This document shows, piece by piece, positions 1-8,188 of a DNA stretch of 32,000 bases. The stretch comes from Minisyncoccota bacterium (GTDB lineage Bacteria; Patescibacteriota; Minisyncoccia; Minisyncoccales; Minisyncoccaceae). The position numbers and the translations under genes are program-made. The first letter of the stretch is position 1, and each line of letters begins with the position of its first letter. The stretch is taken from positions 1-32,000 of the forward strand of contig JBAZLH010000004.1 of assembly GCA_041650375.1 (NCBI GenBank), in the 5' to 3' direction. The notes beneath the pieces are model-generated. The model did not search any database, was not told where the DNA came from, and worked only from the letters and a program-made list of their open reading frames with translations.

Positions 1-2
1 AG

Positions 3-719
3 GTTGCATCAGGCAATTTTTCCTGTGTAGAAACGCCTCAAGAGAAAAGCAGTATGCTTGAAATAACCAGCCAGAGATTAGTCGATAATAGAATTTACTG
101 CGTTAACGTTAAAAACGAGGGAGCTGCAGGGAGCGTTTATTCTTCTTACGTTTATACGACTCCCGTGAGAGGAAAGCTGGTTTTAGTAAGTTTTGTCTTG
201 CGCTATCCAAATTGTACCAATTACGATGAGGAACAGAGTCTGGCCTGCACGAGCGAAAGAGAGGCTTTTGACCTTGATGCAACGGTGGATCGCATAGTCC
301 AAACCGTCAGGTGGGATTTGGCTTCAGATGAAAACACTTTGGCAAGCCAGCTCTCTAAATGTTTAGTATCGAGTTATTCGGGAGATAAAGAGAAATGCGA
401 CGAGCTCTTGAAACAGATTACTGATTTTGACTCATGCGTTATGGCTGGCTTTTCGATATTAAAATCCAATCCAGCCCAGTGCCAAACAATCGACGGAAGA
501 ACATTTGTTCAGGAGACAAATAGCACTTGGGAGCAGGCGCTGTTAGCCGTCAATAACTGTGGAGTTGAAAAAGTCTTTCAAACACACAGCCGACTCGTAA
601 CTCTGACACTAAAAAATGGCAATAAATTAATTGCCAAGGAACCGCAGATAGATGATATAATTACCGCAATTAGGGCTGTAGAATCAAAATGCGGTAAAAT
701 TCCAATAGGAACAGAGTAG
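3..719 (+). CDS. Hypothetical Cys-rich protein, probably 5'-truncated by the window edge
   Basis: The frame is open from nt 3 with no stop before the ATG at 54, so the start may lie upstream. Multiple Cys, no catalytic motif recognised. Confidence 0.5.
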   Translation, partial: VASGNFSCVETPQEKSSMLEITSQRLVDNRIYCVNVKNEGAAGSVYSSYVYTTPVRGKLVLVSFVLRYPNCTNYDEEQSLACTSEREAFDLDATVDRIVQTVRWDLASDENTLASQLSKCLVSSYSGDKEKCDELLKQITDFDSCVMAGFSILKSNPAQCQTIDGRTFVQETNSTWEQALLAVNNCGVEKVFQTHSRLVTLTLKNGNKLIAKEPQIDDIITAIRAVESKCGKIPIGTE

Positions 720-877
720 TAAGTTATTTTAAGTGTTTCCACAGTCAATCAGGCACCAATTAATTAAATAATTTGGCCGCCGCTTCCATTTCATAAGGCT
801 TCCAGCCTTCCAGAATAATGGTTCTAACGGCGTTCAAGGCTTGCAGCAATAAATAAGCCAACGAAAACCGTTATAAA

Positions 878-1240
878 GTGAGATATTGCGCAGAATGCAA
901 AAGGGTAAAATTATTTAATTTTTGTATTTTTTGTTTTAAAAAAACTATTAATGAATTTGTTTTAAAAGCTGGTACTGGTGATTTTAAGTCTACTTTTAAT
1001 AGAACGTCATTTACTCATAAACGCCCTGGGTTCAAAAAATTTCTAAGCAAGGTAATAACTGGATGGATGCCAACAAAAGGAAAAAATAGCAAAAAATATC
1101 CAGAAGGAGTTTTTGTTCATAGGATTATAGATAGAGTAAAAAATTGGTATGAAGAAAAAATTATTGATATGAAAACTGGCGACATAATAGAATCTAAAAA
1201 AGAACCTCTCTCGCAACATAAATCCAAAAAACGGAATTAA
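878..1240 (+). CDS. Hypothetical small Lys-rich protein with N-terminal Cys cluster (CAEC...CIFC)
   Basis: 120-codon ORF with a GTG start, followed by a hairpin terminator at 1282-1310. No family recognised. Confidence 0.35.
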   Translation: MRYCAECKRVKLFNFCIFCFKKTINEFVLKAGTGDFKSTFNRTSFTHKRPGFKKFLSKVITGWMPTKGKNSKKYPEGVFVHRIIDRVKNWYEEKIIDMKTGDIIESKKEPLSQHKSKKRN

Positions 1241-1281
1241 AATTCTTGATTAGTCTATTTAAAACTTTTAGCCTTCAACAA

Positions 1282-1310
1282 AAACCCCATAAGGGTTTGT
1301 TTTTTTGTTT
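1282..1310 (+). terminator. Rho-independent terminator
   Basis: AAACCC(1282-1287)/GGGTTT(1293-1298) stem followed by a T-run. Confidence 0.6.
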
Positions 1311-1438
1311 AAAATTATAATCTTTTCCGTATATTGACAAAATTGAATTATTATATAATAGTATTATTATCCTGGAAACAAATTCTTTAAAAAAGGAGTT
1401 TCTGGACCAGCACTCTTAACAATTCAAAAGGTGATTAA

Positions 1439-2077
1439 ATGAAAAAGAAAAATGTTGCAACTATCCTGCTTATTGCGATAATCGCGATACTCTTGACCAT
1501 CATTTCACTGGCTGGCTGCTCGGATGTCAAAAACGGAGAACGCGCGCAAATGCTGGACACCCAAGGCACACCAACTGTAACAACGTCTAACGAGCGAGCC
1601 ATATTCATGGGTTATCTCAACCAGGTTAATGACCCGAACAATATCCAATGGATTTATTGTTTCAGTTGGGACGGACATCTACTGTTTAAATCGGCCGTAA
1701 TGGGCAAAACTATTTCAGCCACCAAAAGCAGCGAGCCATACGAAAGAGTAGTGGCTACTTCTGACACCTATAGTTGGGAATATAATGCCGCTCAGAGTTT
1801 TGATGGTTTCATTGCCGGAACTCCACAACTGATGAATCCGTCCGGAATGTTTGGACACGACACACCCGGAGTAATCTGGATGGACCCCCAAGGTAATTAT
1901 TACGAATGGCATGAAGGGCCTTACTTTATTTCAAACGTTCCCTTAAAATTTGAGACTCCGGTATTGTCTTACCAAAACATGGATGTGGAAGTTTACAACC
2001 ATGTTAACCTGATTGAAGAAAAATTGAGGCACGGTGAAAAACTCACTGATGAGGACAAAGCATGGCTAAACAAATAA
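1439..2077 (+). CDS. Hypothetical lipoprotein
   Basis: N-terminal signal peptide ending in the lipobox LAGC. AAAGGTG lies upstream of the ATG. Overlaps the next gene by 16 nt. Confidence 0.7.
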   Translation: MKKKNVATILLIAIIAILLTIISLAGCSDVKNGERAQMLDTQGTPTVTTSNERAIFMGYLNQVNDPNNIQWIYCFSWDGHLLFKSAVMGKTISATKSSEPYERVVATSDTYSWEYNAAQSFDGFIAGTPQLMNPSGMFGHDTPGVIWMDPQGNYYEWHEGPYFISNVPLKFETPVLSYQNMDVEVYNHVNLIEEKLRHGEKLTDEDKAWLNK

Positions 2078-2541
2078 CCTTGATTCTAATTGTTATCGCC
2101 CTAATCGGCGTTACAACGCTATCGTGCGGATGCATGGGGTTCTTCTCCGGATATCCGGAAGCGGGCCAGAAAATCACAAGCGCGGATTATTCAGTCGCCC
2201 AGTATAAATTTTTCATTGAGAAACACAACTCTGTGCGGCAAATGGGCTCACAAATCCTTAACGCAGACGAAAGCGTCGCAGCGTTTGAAAAAATGTACCC
2301 AAGCCCATCAACCTGGGACTGGAAAACCAAGGAAATGTACGATGACCGCATCTTTATCCGCAACGGCTATATCCAACAGTACAACAAGTTTGTCAGCGAT
2401 TACAATTCACGGATGCGCGACCTCACAACCAACCAAATGTGGATGAAGCCCCAAAATTTCCCGAGCGAACTTCAACCTTATGTTCCCGGAAGCATAATCA
2501 CGCTCCAAAACAGCCAAGAGTTAATAACTCCCAAACTGTAA
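2062..2541 (+). CDS. Hypothetical membrane-anchored protein, translationally coupled to the lipoprotein
   Basis: N-terminal hydrophobic helix (ITLILIVIALIGVTTLSCGC). 16-nt overlap with the upstream gene. Confidence 0.6.
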   Translation: MAKQITLILIVIALIGVTTLSCGCMGFFSGYPEAGQKITSADYSVAQYKFFIEKHNSVRQMGSQILNADESVAAFEKMYPSPSTWDWKTKEMYDDRIFIRNGYIQQYNKFVSDYNSRMRDLTTNQMWMKPQNFPSELQPYVPGSIITLQNSQELITPKL

Positions 2542-2696
2542 AACATTTTCCTTTTTTACGATAAATCACTAAACCAAATATAAGCCATCAGATGATGCGC
2601 TTTTTGTTTTATTTAACCATATTGATTTTTTAGTAAATTATGTTATCGTCCCATTAGAGCTTTAGCTCTCTTACAATTAAAAAAGGATGATTTGCG

Positions 2697-3260
2697 ATGA
2701 CGAACGAAGAATCATTAAAAGAAATAGAAGATGAAGTTCGAACAAAAGCGGAAATAACCCGAAAGGCAAGGAAAACCCTTGCAGACGCCCACAGGGAACT
2801 GAGAGAATCCGTCCATGCCTATAAAGACGCAAGGACAAAAATGCAAAAAGATTCCTGGAAAAACAAAGGGTTAGCCCTCTGTTATGATTGCAGTAAATTG
2901 TATCCCCAAGAAGACATTACCTTGTTCTATATTGAACGGCTTGAAAAACGGGGCAGCCATTATAGGGAAAGAATGGTCTTAATCCGAAAGGTTCAGGGTT
3001 GCTGCCGTTTGCACGCAAACAATTTATTAAACCGCGCGAAAGGCGGCGAAGATAAATTCCAATGTTTTGAAGTGAGGCAAGAAGGCGAAGAATTCTTTAT
3101 TGTTAACGGCCTAAAAACAATTCCAATTCCTTTTCCGAAAGAAACTGCGATTCTGATTGAGTGGGATGGCATACCAGAAAGAGAATTTGAATTCGGCAAG
3201 CAAATTCTATTCAATTCTTCCCATAATGAACTAACAATGGGAGAAGAAAGGATATTGTAA
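2697..3260 (+). CDS. Hypothetical protein (charged helical N-terminus, Cys-containing C-terminal part)
   Basis: 187-codon ORF with AAAAAGGA upstream of the ATG. No family recognised. Confidence 0.55.
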   Translation: MTNEESLKEIEDEVRTKAEITRKARKTLADAHRELRESVHAYKDARTKMQKDSWKNKGLALCYDCSKLYPQEDITLFYIERLEKRGSHYRERMVLIRKVQGCCRLHANNLLNRAKGGEDKFQCFEVRQEGEEFFIVNGLKTIPIPFPKETAILIEWDGIPEREFEFGKQILFNSSHNELTMGEERIL

Positions 3261-3309
3261 ATCCGGCGACAAGATAACATCAAATCGCTTTTTTTATTTT
3301 CTAAAACCA

Positions 3310-3338
3310 TTGGCGTTTTTTTATTTTAGGTATATAAT
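3310..3338 (+). promoter_or_regulatory. Sigma70-like promoter TTGGCG-17-TATAAT
   Basis: -35 at 3310-3315 and -10 at 3333-3338, about 30 nt upstream of the MliC-like gene. Confidence 0.45.
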
Positions 3339-3369
3339 TTAAGCAATAATTAATTATATAAAAACATAT

Positions 3370-3786
3370 ATGAAAATTGAATGGAATAAGCCCACTAAAT
3401 ACTCAATGGTGTTGGCTATTATTGTTTACGTGGCGACTTTTTGGTTGGCTTTTTACTTGGGCTTAAGATGGGGAGAAGCCAATGCGATTATTGACCAATT
3501 TTCGTCCCAACAAAACCAGCAACAAGACCAAGACAAAATTATTAACGCCGTAACTTTTTATTGCGATAACAGTAAAAAAATTGACGCGGTTTTTTACAGC
3601 CGAAAAGTCGCCATCTCTTTGAGCGACGGACGAAGCATGGTGCTTCCGCAAACTATTTCCGGTTCGGGCGCGCGCTACGCCAACGCGGATGAATCTTTCG
3701 TCTTTTGGAATAAAGGCGACACAGCTTTTGTTCAAGAAGGCGCTGCGACAACTTACGAAAATTGCGCCCTCCCTCCCGCGAAATAA
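3370..3786 (+). CDS. Membrane-anchored MliC-family (C-type lysozyme inhibitor) domain protein
   Basis: The C-terminal domain matches the E. coli MliC pattern: YxCD...V.F...ISGSGARYA....FVFWNKGDTA.V.....NC. N-terminal TM helix rather than a lipobox. Confidence 0.8.
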   Translation: MKIEWNKPTKYSMVLAIIVYVATFWLAFYLGLRWGEANAIIDQFSSQQNQQQDQDKIINAVTFYCDNSKKIDAVFYSRKVAISLSDGRSMVLPQTISGSGARYANADESFVFWNKGDTAFVQEGAATTYENCALPPAK

Positions 3787-3810
3787 ATATATTATTTTAA
3801 AACTTAAAAT

Positions 3811-3846
3811 CGCTCCGCCAGCTGGCGGATTAGCGGTTTTTTGTTA
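3811..3846 (+). terminator. Rho-independent terminator
   Basis: CCGCC AGCT GGCGG hairpin with flanking CGCT/AGCG pairing, then a T-run. Confidence 0.7.
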
Positions 3847-3856
3847 TTATAAAACC

Positions 3857-4240
3857 ATGGACATAGAAAACTTTGAAGAACTCGTGCGGGAAGGAATAAA
3901 AGCCATTCCCCAAAAATTCTTGGACTTGCTGGACAATGTTGATATTATCGTGGAAGAAAATCCCACGCCCGAACAATTAAAAAAATTAAAAATTAAAAAT
4001 AATTATTTTCTTTTTGGGTTGTACGAAGGAATCCCCAAAACAGAAAGGTGGGGATATGGCCAAGCTTTGCCGGACAAAATAACAATTTTCAAAAATCCGA
4101 TTGAGCAAACCGCCCAAACAAAAGAAGAAATCAAACAACTTATTAAAGACACTGTTTGGCATGAAATCGCGCATCATTTTGGAATGAATGAAGACAGGGT
4201 AAGGAAAGCCGAAACCCGGCGCAAGCGCCCAATCGGATAA
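3857..4240 (+). CDS. Zincin-like metallopeptidase family protein (DUF1025/Zincin_1 type)
   Basis: HEIAHHFG (HExxH) near the C-terminus plus family-typical LFGLYEGIP...PDKITIF. The ATG at 3857 is preferred because the longer ORF from 3689 overlaps the MliC gene and its terminator. Confidence 0.85.
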   Translation: MDIENFEELVREGIKAIPQKFLDLLDNVDIIVEENPTPEQLKKLKIKNNYFLFGLYEGIPKTERWGYGQALPDKITIFKNPIEQTAQTKEEIKQLIKDTVWHEIAHHFGMNEDRVRKAETRRKRPIG

Positions 4241-4262
4241 AATTACCCAGCCGCGCAGACAA

Positions 4263-4291
4263 TTGACAAATGACATAAATTGTATTATTAT
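4263..4291 (+). promoter_or_regulatory. Sigma70-like promoter TTGACA-17-TATTAT
   Basis: -35 at 4263-4268 and -10 at 4286-4291. The ORF-track ATG at 4280 lies inside it. Confidence 0.6.
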
Positions 4292-4303
4292 ACAGAAGGT
4301 ATC

Positions 4304-4597
4304 ATGCCCGACACTACAGCTACTTTAAATTGCGAGAGCAAAGATTCAAAAGCCATCCCAAAAATCAACATAAAGTCACGCACAGTTAAAATCCCGGAAG
4401 ACAAAAAAGTATTGAGCATAATGGAAATACGCAAGTATTTCCACGTAAGCCCAAAAAGAATTCATGGCTGGATAAAGCAAGGATTAAAAACCGCTCCGGC
4501 TGTGCGAGGAATAAGAATTTATCGAAAAACCCTCAAGGAATATCACGATAAAAGCGGTGAATTCATTATCCTCCCCGAGAAACCAAGTATAGAGTAA
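4304..4597 (+). CDS. Helix-turn-helix DNA-binding protein (excisionase/MerR-like HTH)
   Basis: LSIMEIRKYFHVSPKRIHGWIKQG...IRIYRKTLKEY resembles excisionase-family HTH. Start moved to ATG 4304, downstream of the promoter and GAAGG. Confidence 0.55.
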   Translation: MPDTTATLNCESKDSKAIPKINIKSRTVKIPEDKKVLSIMEIRKYFHVSPKRIHGWIKQGLKTAPAVRGIRIYRKTLKEYHDKSGEFIILPEKPSIE

Positions 4598-4624
4598 AAT
4601 CTATGCTTTTTTTTATTTAATGGC

Positions 4625-4652
4625 TTGACAAACATTTTAATAGATATAAAAT
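4625..4652 (+). promoter_or_regulatory. Sigma70-like promoter TTGACA-16-TAAAAT
   Basis: -35 at 4625-4630 and -10 at 4647-4652. No ORF longer than 10 codons follows. Confidence 0.5.
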
Positions 4653-4658
4653 GATTAT

Positions 4659-4812
4659 AGAACCTTTAACAATATAGAATTTTAAATCCCTATAAACCGG
4701 ACCAAACCAATCCAAACAATCCTCCTAACTAATGCGACTATCCGCTTTATAATAGATTTAAAATTCTCCTCTCCCATATCGGTGATATCTCGCATATCAC
4801 CGTTCTTTTTTT
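4659..4812 (+). ncRNA. Candidate ~150-nt small RNA (promoter-to-terminator unit without an ORF)
   Basis: Bounded by the promoter at 4625-4652 and the terminator GGTGATAT-CTCGC-ATATCACC plus T-run (4781-4812). Contains the CU-rich tracts AATCCTCCTAA and TTCTCCTCTCCC. Confidence 0.3.
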
Positions 4813-4949
4813 AACCCGAGTTAAATAGGATTTTAAATTTTTTAAAATCTCAAATTCCAATCAATGATTAAAATTTATTTAACCGGGCAAGTTTGACTTT
4901 TTTTATTTTTACAATTAACATATTCGTTGTATAGGAGAGTGAACAGAAT

Positions 4950-5060
4950 ATGCAAAACAAGGAACTACCTTCGAGAATAGCAAACAAACTCTTACGCCAG
5001 TACCTTCAAGTGTGGTCATACCAGAGAATTCCTCTCTGCCATCTCCAATGGGTTGGATAA
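4950..5060 (+). CDS. Candidate 36-aa small protein (MQNKELPSRIANKLLRQYLQVWSYQRIPLCHLQWVG)
   Basis: AGGAGAG lies 9 nt upstream of the ATG. TTGACT-17-TAACAT lies upstream and a strong terminator immediately downstream. Below the ORF-track size cutoff. Confidence 0.3.
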   Translation: MQNKELPSRIANKLLRQYLQVWSYQRIPLCHLQWVG

Positions 5061-5076
5061 CAGCACAACCCAAACC

Positions 5077-5112
5077 CCGTGTAAACATTTCATTACACGG
5101 TTTTTTTCTTTT
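5077..5112 (+). terminator. Rho-independent terminator
   Basis: CCGTGTAA(5077-5084)/TTACACGG(5093-5100) stem followed by TTTTTTTCTTTTT. Confidence 0.65.
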
Positions 5113-5163
5113 TGAAAAAATATGGTATTATTCAGGTATCTAAATATTAACTATAAAAATTTT

Positions 5164-5913
5164 ATGAGCAAAAAATTAATTATCGGAAATTGGAAATGCA
5201 ATCCGCTGAAAACAAGCGAGGCTTTAAAAATATTCAACGACATTAAATCCTCGGCTGAAAATTCAAAAACATCGGAAACAATTATTTGCCCTCCGAATAT
5301 TTTTTTAAAAGATTTATTGGCGTTAAAAACAAAAATAAAAATCGGGGCGCAAAATTGTTTTTGGGAAAAACAAGGCGCGTACACCGGAGAAGTGTCTGCC
5401 GGAATGCTCAAAAACATGGGGTGTAAATACGTAATTATTGGCCATTCGGAAAGGAGGAAAATAAATAAAGAAACCAACGAAGAAATAAATAAAAAAATAA
5501 TTTCTGTTTTGGAAAATAAATTAATTCCTATTTTCTGTTTTGGAGAAAATAGGGAAGAACGGGAAAATGAAAAAACCTTTGATGTCTTAAAAAATCAAAT
5601 TCAAGAGGGGATTGATAAAATCGCAAAGCCGGATATAGCGAAAATAATTTTCGCCTATGAACCGATTTGGTCAATCGGCAGCGGTAATTTCGCGGCGCCG
5701 GAACAGATAAAAGAAGTCCGTGATTTTATAATCAGATTATTGTCCCAAAAAATAGGCAAAGAAAATATTGGCAAAATAAAAATTATTTACGGGGGGAGTG
5801 TTAACGCGGAAAATACCCCGTCCTATTTCAACCAGGCTCAAATGGACGGCGTATTGGTTGGCGGCATGTCCTTGAAGCCAATTGAATTTTCCAAAATAAT
5901 CAAATCCGCTTAA
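5164..5913 (+). CDS. tpiA: Triosephosphate isomerase
   Basis: GNWKCN, IIGHSERR, AYEPIWSIGSG and YGGSV motifs. Start set at MSKKLIIGNWK (ATG 5164). Confidence 0.95.
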   Translation: MSKKLIIGNWKCNPLKTSEALKIFNDIKSSAENSKTSETIICPPNIFLKDLLALKTKIKIGAQNCFWEKQGAYTGEVSAGMLKNMGCKYVIIGHSERRKINKETNEEINKKIISVLENKLIPIFCFGENREERENEKTFDVLKNQIQEGIDKIAKPDIAKIIFAYEPIWSIGSGNFAAPEQIKEVRDFIIRLLSQKIGKENIGKIKIIYGGSVNAENTPSYFNQAQMDGVLVGGMSLKPIEFSKIIKSA

Positions 5914-5954
5914 CTAAAAAATCCGCTTGGCAGCGGGGTTCATTTTCATTAACA

Positions 5955-5982
5955 AGAGATTTTGTGTGGAATCTCTTTTTTT
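5955..5982 (+). terminator. Rho-independent terminator of tpiA
   Basis: AGAGATT/AATCTCT stem followed by TTTTTT. Confidence 0.7.
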
Positions 5983-6132
5983 GTGAACTTAGTTCACGTA
6001 CTTGCGGTGCTTTTCTTGTTCCATTAAAGAACAAACAAATTCGTAAATTGAAATAATGGGCAACACCTCCTTGTTAAGTTACTACAAAAATAATATTAAC
6101 AGATTTACAAAAAAATACAACCCCTAATTTCC

Positions 6133-6683
6133 TTAAATTAAAACGAGGCATTCTTCCAAAGATAAATTGAAAGAATGCCCCATGGTTACGCGCCGAATAG
6201 TTCGGCTTACTCATTTGGGCAATTTTGTATTGGCTCCAGGTACGATCCGCCTTCGCTGGCTAAGATTTCTGTGAGCAAATACGACTTAACTGAACTCGAA
6301 CGCCCTTCGATACAACACCGCAAAATGCGGTTGAAGATAATGCTTTGGGAAGCATTGAAACCTCTTTTTATTGTTCATTAACGATACGGCTCTACAGAGC
6401 GAGGGCAATGTGATTTAATTTCCTCTGGTAACGGTTGAGTTAGGCAATCACTACGCCCGTAAGCATTGCAAATGAGAGTCTCTTGGACATTTTGACCTTC
6501 CATCAAAGATGGAACAGGCTACCGATTTTATTCGCAATGATGCGGATACTTTGTTAACAGGGCGAAACCCCGCAAACAACAAAGTCCTCAATACCACACT
6601 ACCGCTTGCATGCCGGAAGTGCTTATGACGAAGATACACTCTCCATTCATAACGGAACACTGACCATGTCGGCCGAAGTTACT
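6133..6683 (-). ncRNA. Candidate ~540-nt structured non-coding RNA, class not recognised
   Basis: No credible ORF. More GC-rich by eye than the flanking spacers. Minus-strand promoter at 6690-6718 and minus-strand terminator (GGCATTCTT 6147-6155 / AAGAATGCC 6171-6179, then a U-rich tract). Many local hairpins. Confidence 0.4.
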
Positions 6684-6689
6684 ACTTTC

Positions 6690-6718
6690 TTTATATTATA
6701 TTTATTGCTTTAAGGCAA
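6690..6718 (-). promoter_or_regulatory. Sigma70-like promoter TTGCCT-17-TATAAA
   Basis: -35 at 6713-6718 and -10 at 6690-6695, read on the minus strand, directly after the terminator at 6722-6759. Confidence 0.45.
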
Positions 6719-6721
6719 GCA

Positions 6722-6759
6722 TAAAAAAATAAGAACGCCGGACTTAATAAAATCCGGCG
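6722..6759 (-). terminator. Rho-independent terminator
   Basis: CGCCGGA(6736-6742)/TCCGGCG(6753-6759) stem. On the minus strand it is followed by TTCTTATTTTTTT. Confidence 0.7.
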
Positions 6760-6819
6760 CGATGACTTCCCTCAACTTAACAGCCAATTAATGCATCGCA
6801 ACGCATGGTATAACCTCCC

Positions 6820-6955
6820 GAACAAAAGTTCTATTTTATTTATACTATATTTCCATATAAAAAAATAGGGGCATCTCCTTTTAAGAAAATACCCGTTGTG
6901 TGCCCAATCAGACTACTCACAGTTTTGCGAACCAAAAGGTTCTATTTTATTTATA
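6820..6955. repeat. Two copies of a ~25-nt motif GAAC(C)AAAAG(G)TTCTATTTTATTTATA
   Basis: Copies at 6820-6844 and 6929-6955. The plus strand reads hairpin plus T-rich tail. The minus strand reads a TATAAATAAAAT box followed by a hairpin. Confidence 0.6.
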
Positions 6956-7011
6956 ACTCTTTTTGAAATAAAAAACAATCCACAATTTTAATTGAGCTGT
7001 ACAGTTTTATT

Positions 7012-7971
7012 TTAATTTTTTAAATCTTTGCCGCTATGGAATTGCCTGTGAATATCTCCCAATTTCTTATTCGTGACATGGGTATAGATTTGGGTGGTGG
7101 CAATATTCCTGTGCCCTAAAAATTCTTGAATAATCCTAATATCCACGCCCTGGTTTAGCAAGTCCGTGGCCATGCTGTGCCGTAAAGTATGCGGCGTGGT
7201 AAAATACGGTATATTTGCCAAAGTGGCGTATTTCTTCACGATTCTTTCCATAGAACGAGCCGTTAAACGGCCTCCTGAGCCCATTCTGGTCCGATAATGA
7301 GTAAAGAGAGCTTTGTCCGTGTCAGAGCGGCTTTTAAGGTACTTTTTAAGCCATTCCAGGGCTCGTTCCGAGAAATAAACCGTCCTGGGATGATTGCCTT
7401 TACCTATAACCCCTAATTCCAAATCTTTCTTATTTTCTATGTTTTTAAACTGCTCCAAATTAAGGGCTTCCAGCTCGGCAATCCTTAAACCCGTGGAAAA
7501 AAGCACTTCCAAAATGGCCCGGTCCCGCAGCCCATCCTTGGTTTCAATATTGGGCGCCAAGAGCAGTTTTTGGATTTGCTCCAAGCTTAAAAACTTTACG
7601 GTATTTTCTTTGCGCGCATCTTTAGGTAATTGGATTTTATCCGCGGGCAAAGAAATAATATCTTTATCTGTAAAAAAACTCAAAAGAGACCTCAAGGCTA
7701 TTAAATAATAATTTTGGGTCAGCTTGGATAAAACCTTGTTGGTTTTCGGGTCTTTAAAACGCGCCAGGAACAATCGATAGGCCCAAATGTCCTCCGGGGT
7801 CAATTCATGCGGCAACAAGGCCTCTTTACGGACTGATTTGAGCCATTGGTTAAACTTGTTGAGATAACGCCCATAGTTCTTTTGGGTATTATCAGACAGG
7901 CCTTTTTCAATTTCGCAATAATCCAGGAAATCCGGAATATGCCTTAAAATGGGTTTATCGGATTTGGTCAT
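7012..7971 (-). CDS. Tyrosine site-specific recombinase, XerC/XerD family
   Basis: N-terminal SAM-like domain. Catalytic-domain motifs GLRIAEL, GKGNHPR, HTLRHSMAT and LGHRNIATTQIYTHV (R..HxxR..Y). Confidence 0.9.
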   Translation of the reverse strand: MTKSDKPILRHIPDFLDYCEIEKGLSDNTQKNYGRYLNKFNQWLKSVRKEALLPHELTPEDIWAYRLFLARFKDPKTNKVLSKLTQNYYLIALRSLLSFFTDKDIISLPADKIQLPKDARKENTVKFLSLEQIQKLLLAPNIETKDGLRDRAILEVLFSTGLRIAELEALNLEQFKNIENKKDLELGVIGKGNHPRTVYFSERALEWLKKYLKSRSDTDKALFTHYRTRMGSGGRLTARSMERIVKKYATLANIPYFTTPHTLRHSMATDLLNQGVDIRIIQEFLGHRNIATTQIYTHVTNKKLGDIHRQFHSGKDLKN

Positions 7972-8188
7972 TTTAGAGGTTTAATACAATTATAAATATA
8001 AGCGGGGAATTATATATTTAAAAATATATTTATTTTTTATTTTTATTATTTATTATTTTATTTTACACAAATAAGCACACTCTTTGAAAAAACGAAAAAA
8101 TCAACGGGGGAGGAGTCATTTACGCAGATACGGCACAAACACGCTCTCCAATGTCGCTTAACCTACATTGTCCGACATTTATACTCTA

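Noticed and set aside
1334-1359. TTGACA ... TATAAT upstream of the lipoprotein gene as a promoter
   Set aside because: The hexamers are good but the spacer is only 14 nt, so it was not listed as a feature. A nearby alternative -10 may be used.
3689-3856. N-terminal extension of the zincin-like peptidase ORF (start at 3689)
   Set aside because: The extension overlaps the end of the MliC gene and runs through its terminator hairpin. The family-typical N-terminus begins at MDIENFEELV (3857).
6133-6683. Identification of the large RNA candidate as RNase P RNA, tmRNA, SRP RNA or a group II intron
   Set aside because: AAAGTCC (near 6581) and CGGCTTA (near 6203) occur only on the plus strand, in the wrong order and with poor complementarity. 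There is no tRNA-like 3' end or tag ORF, and no GGAA-tetraloop domain IV. GAGCCGTAT (minus-strand sense, near 6388-6396) lacks the pairing partner needed for intron domain V. A covariance-model scan is still needed.
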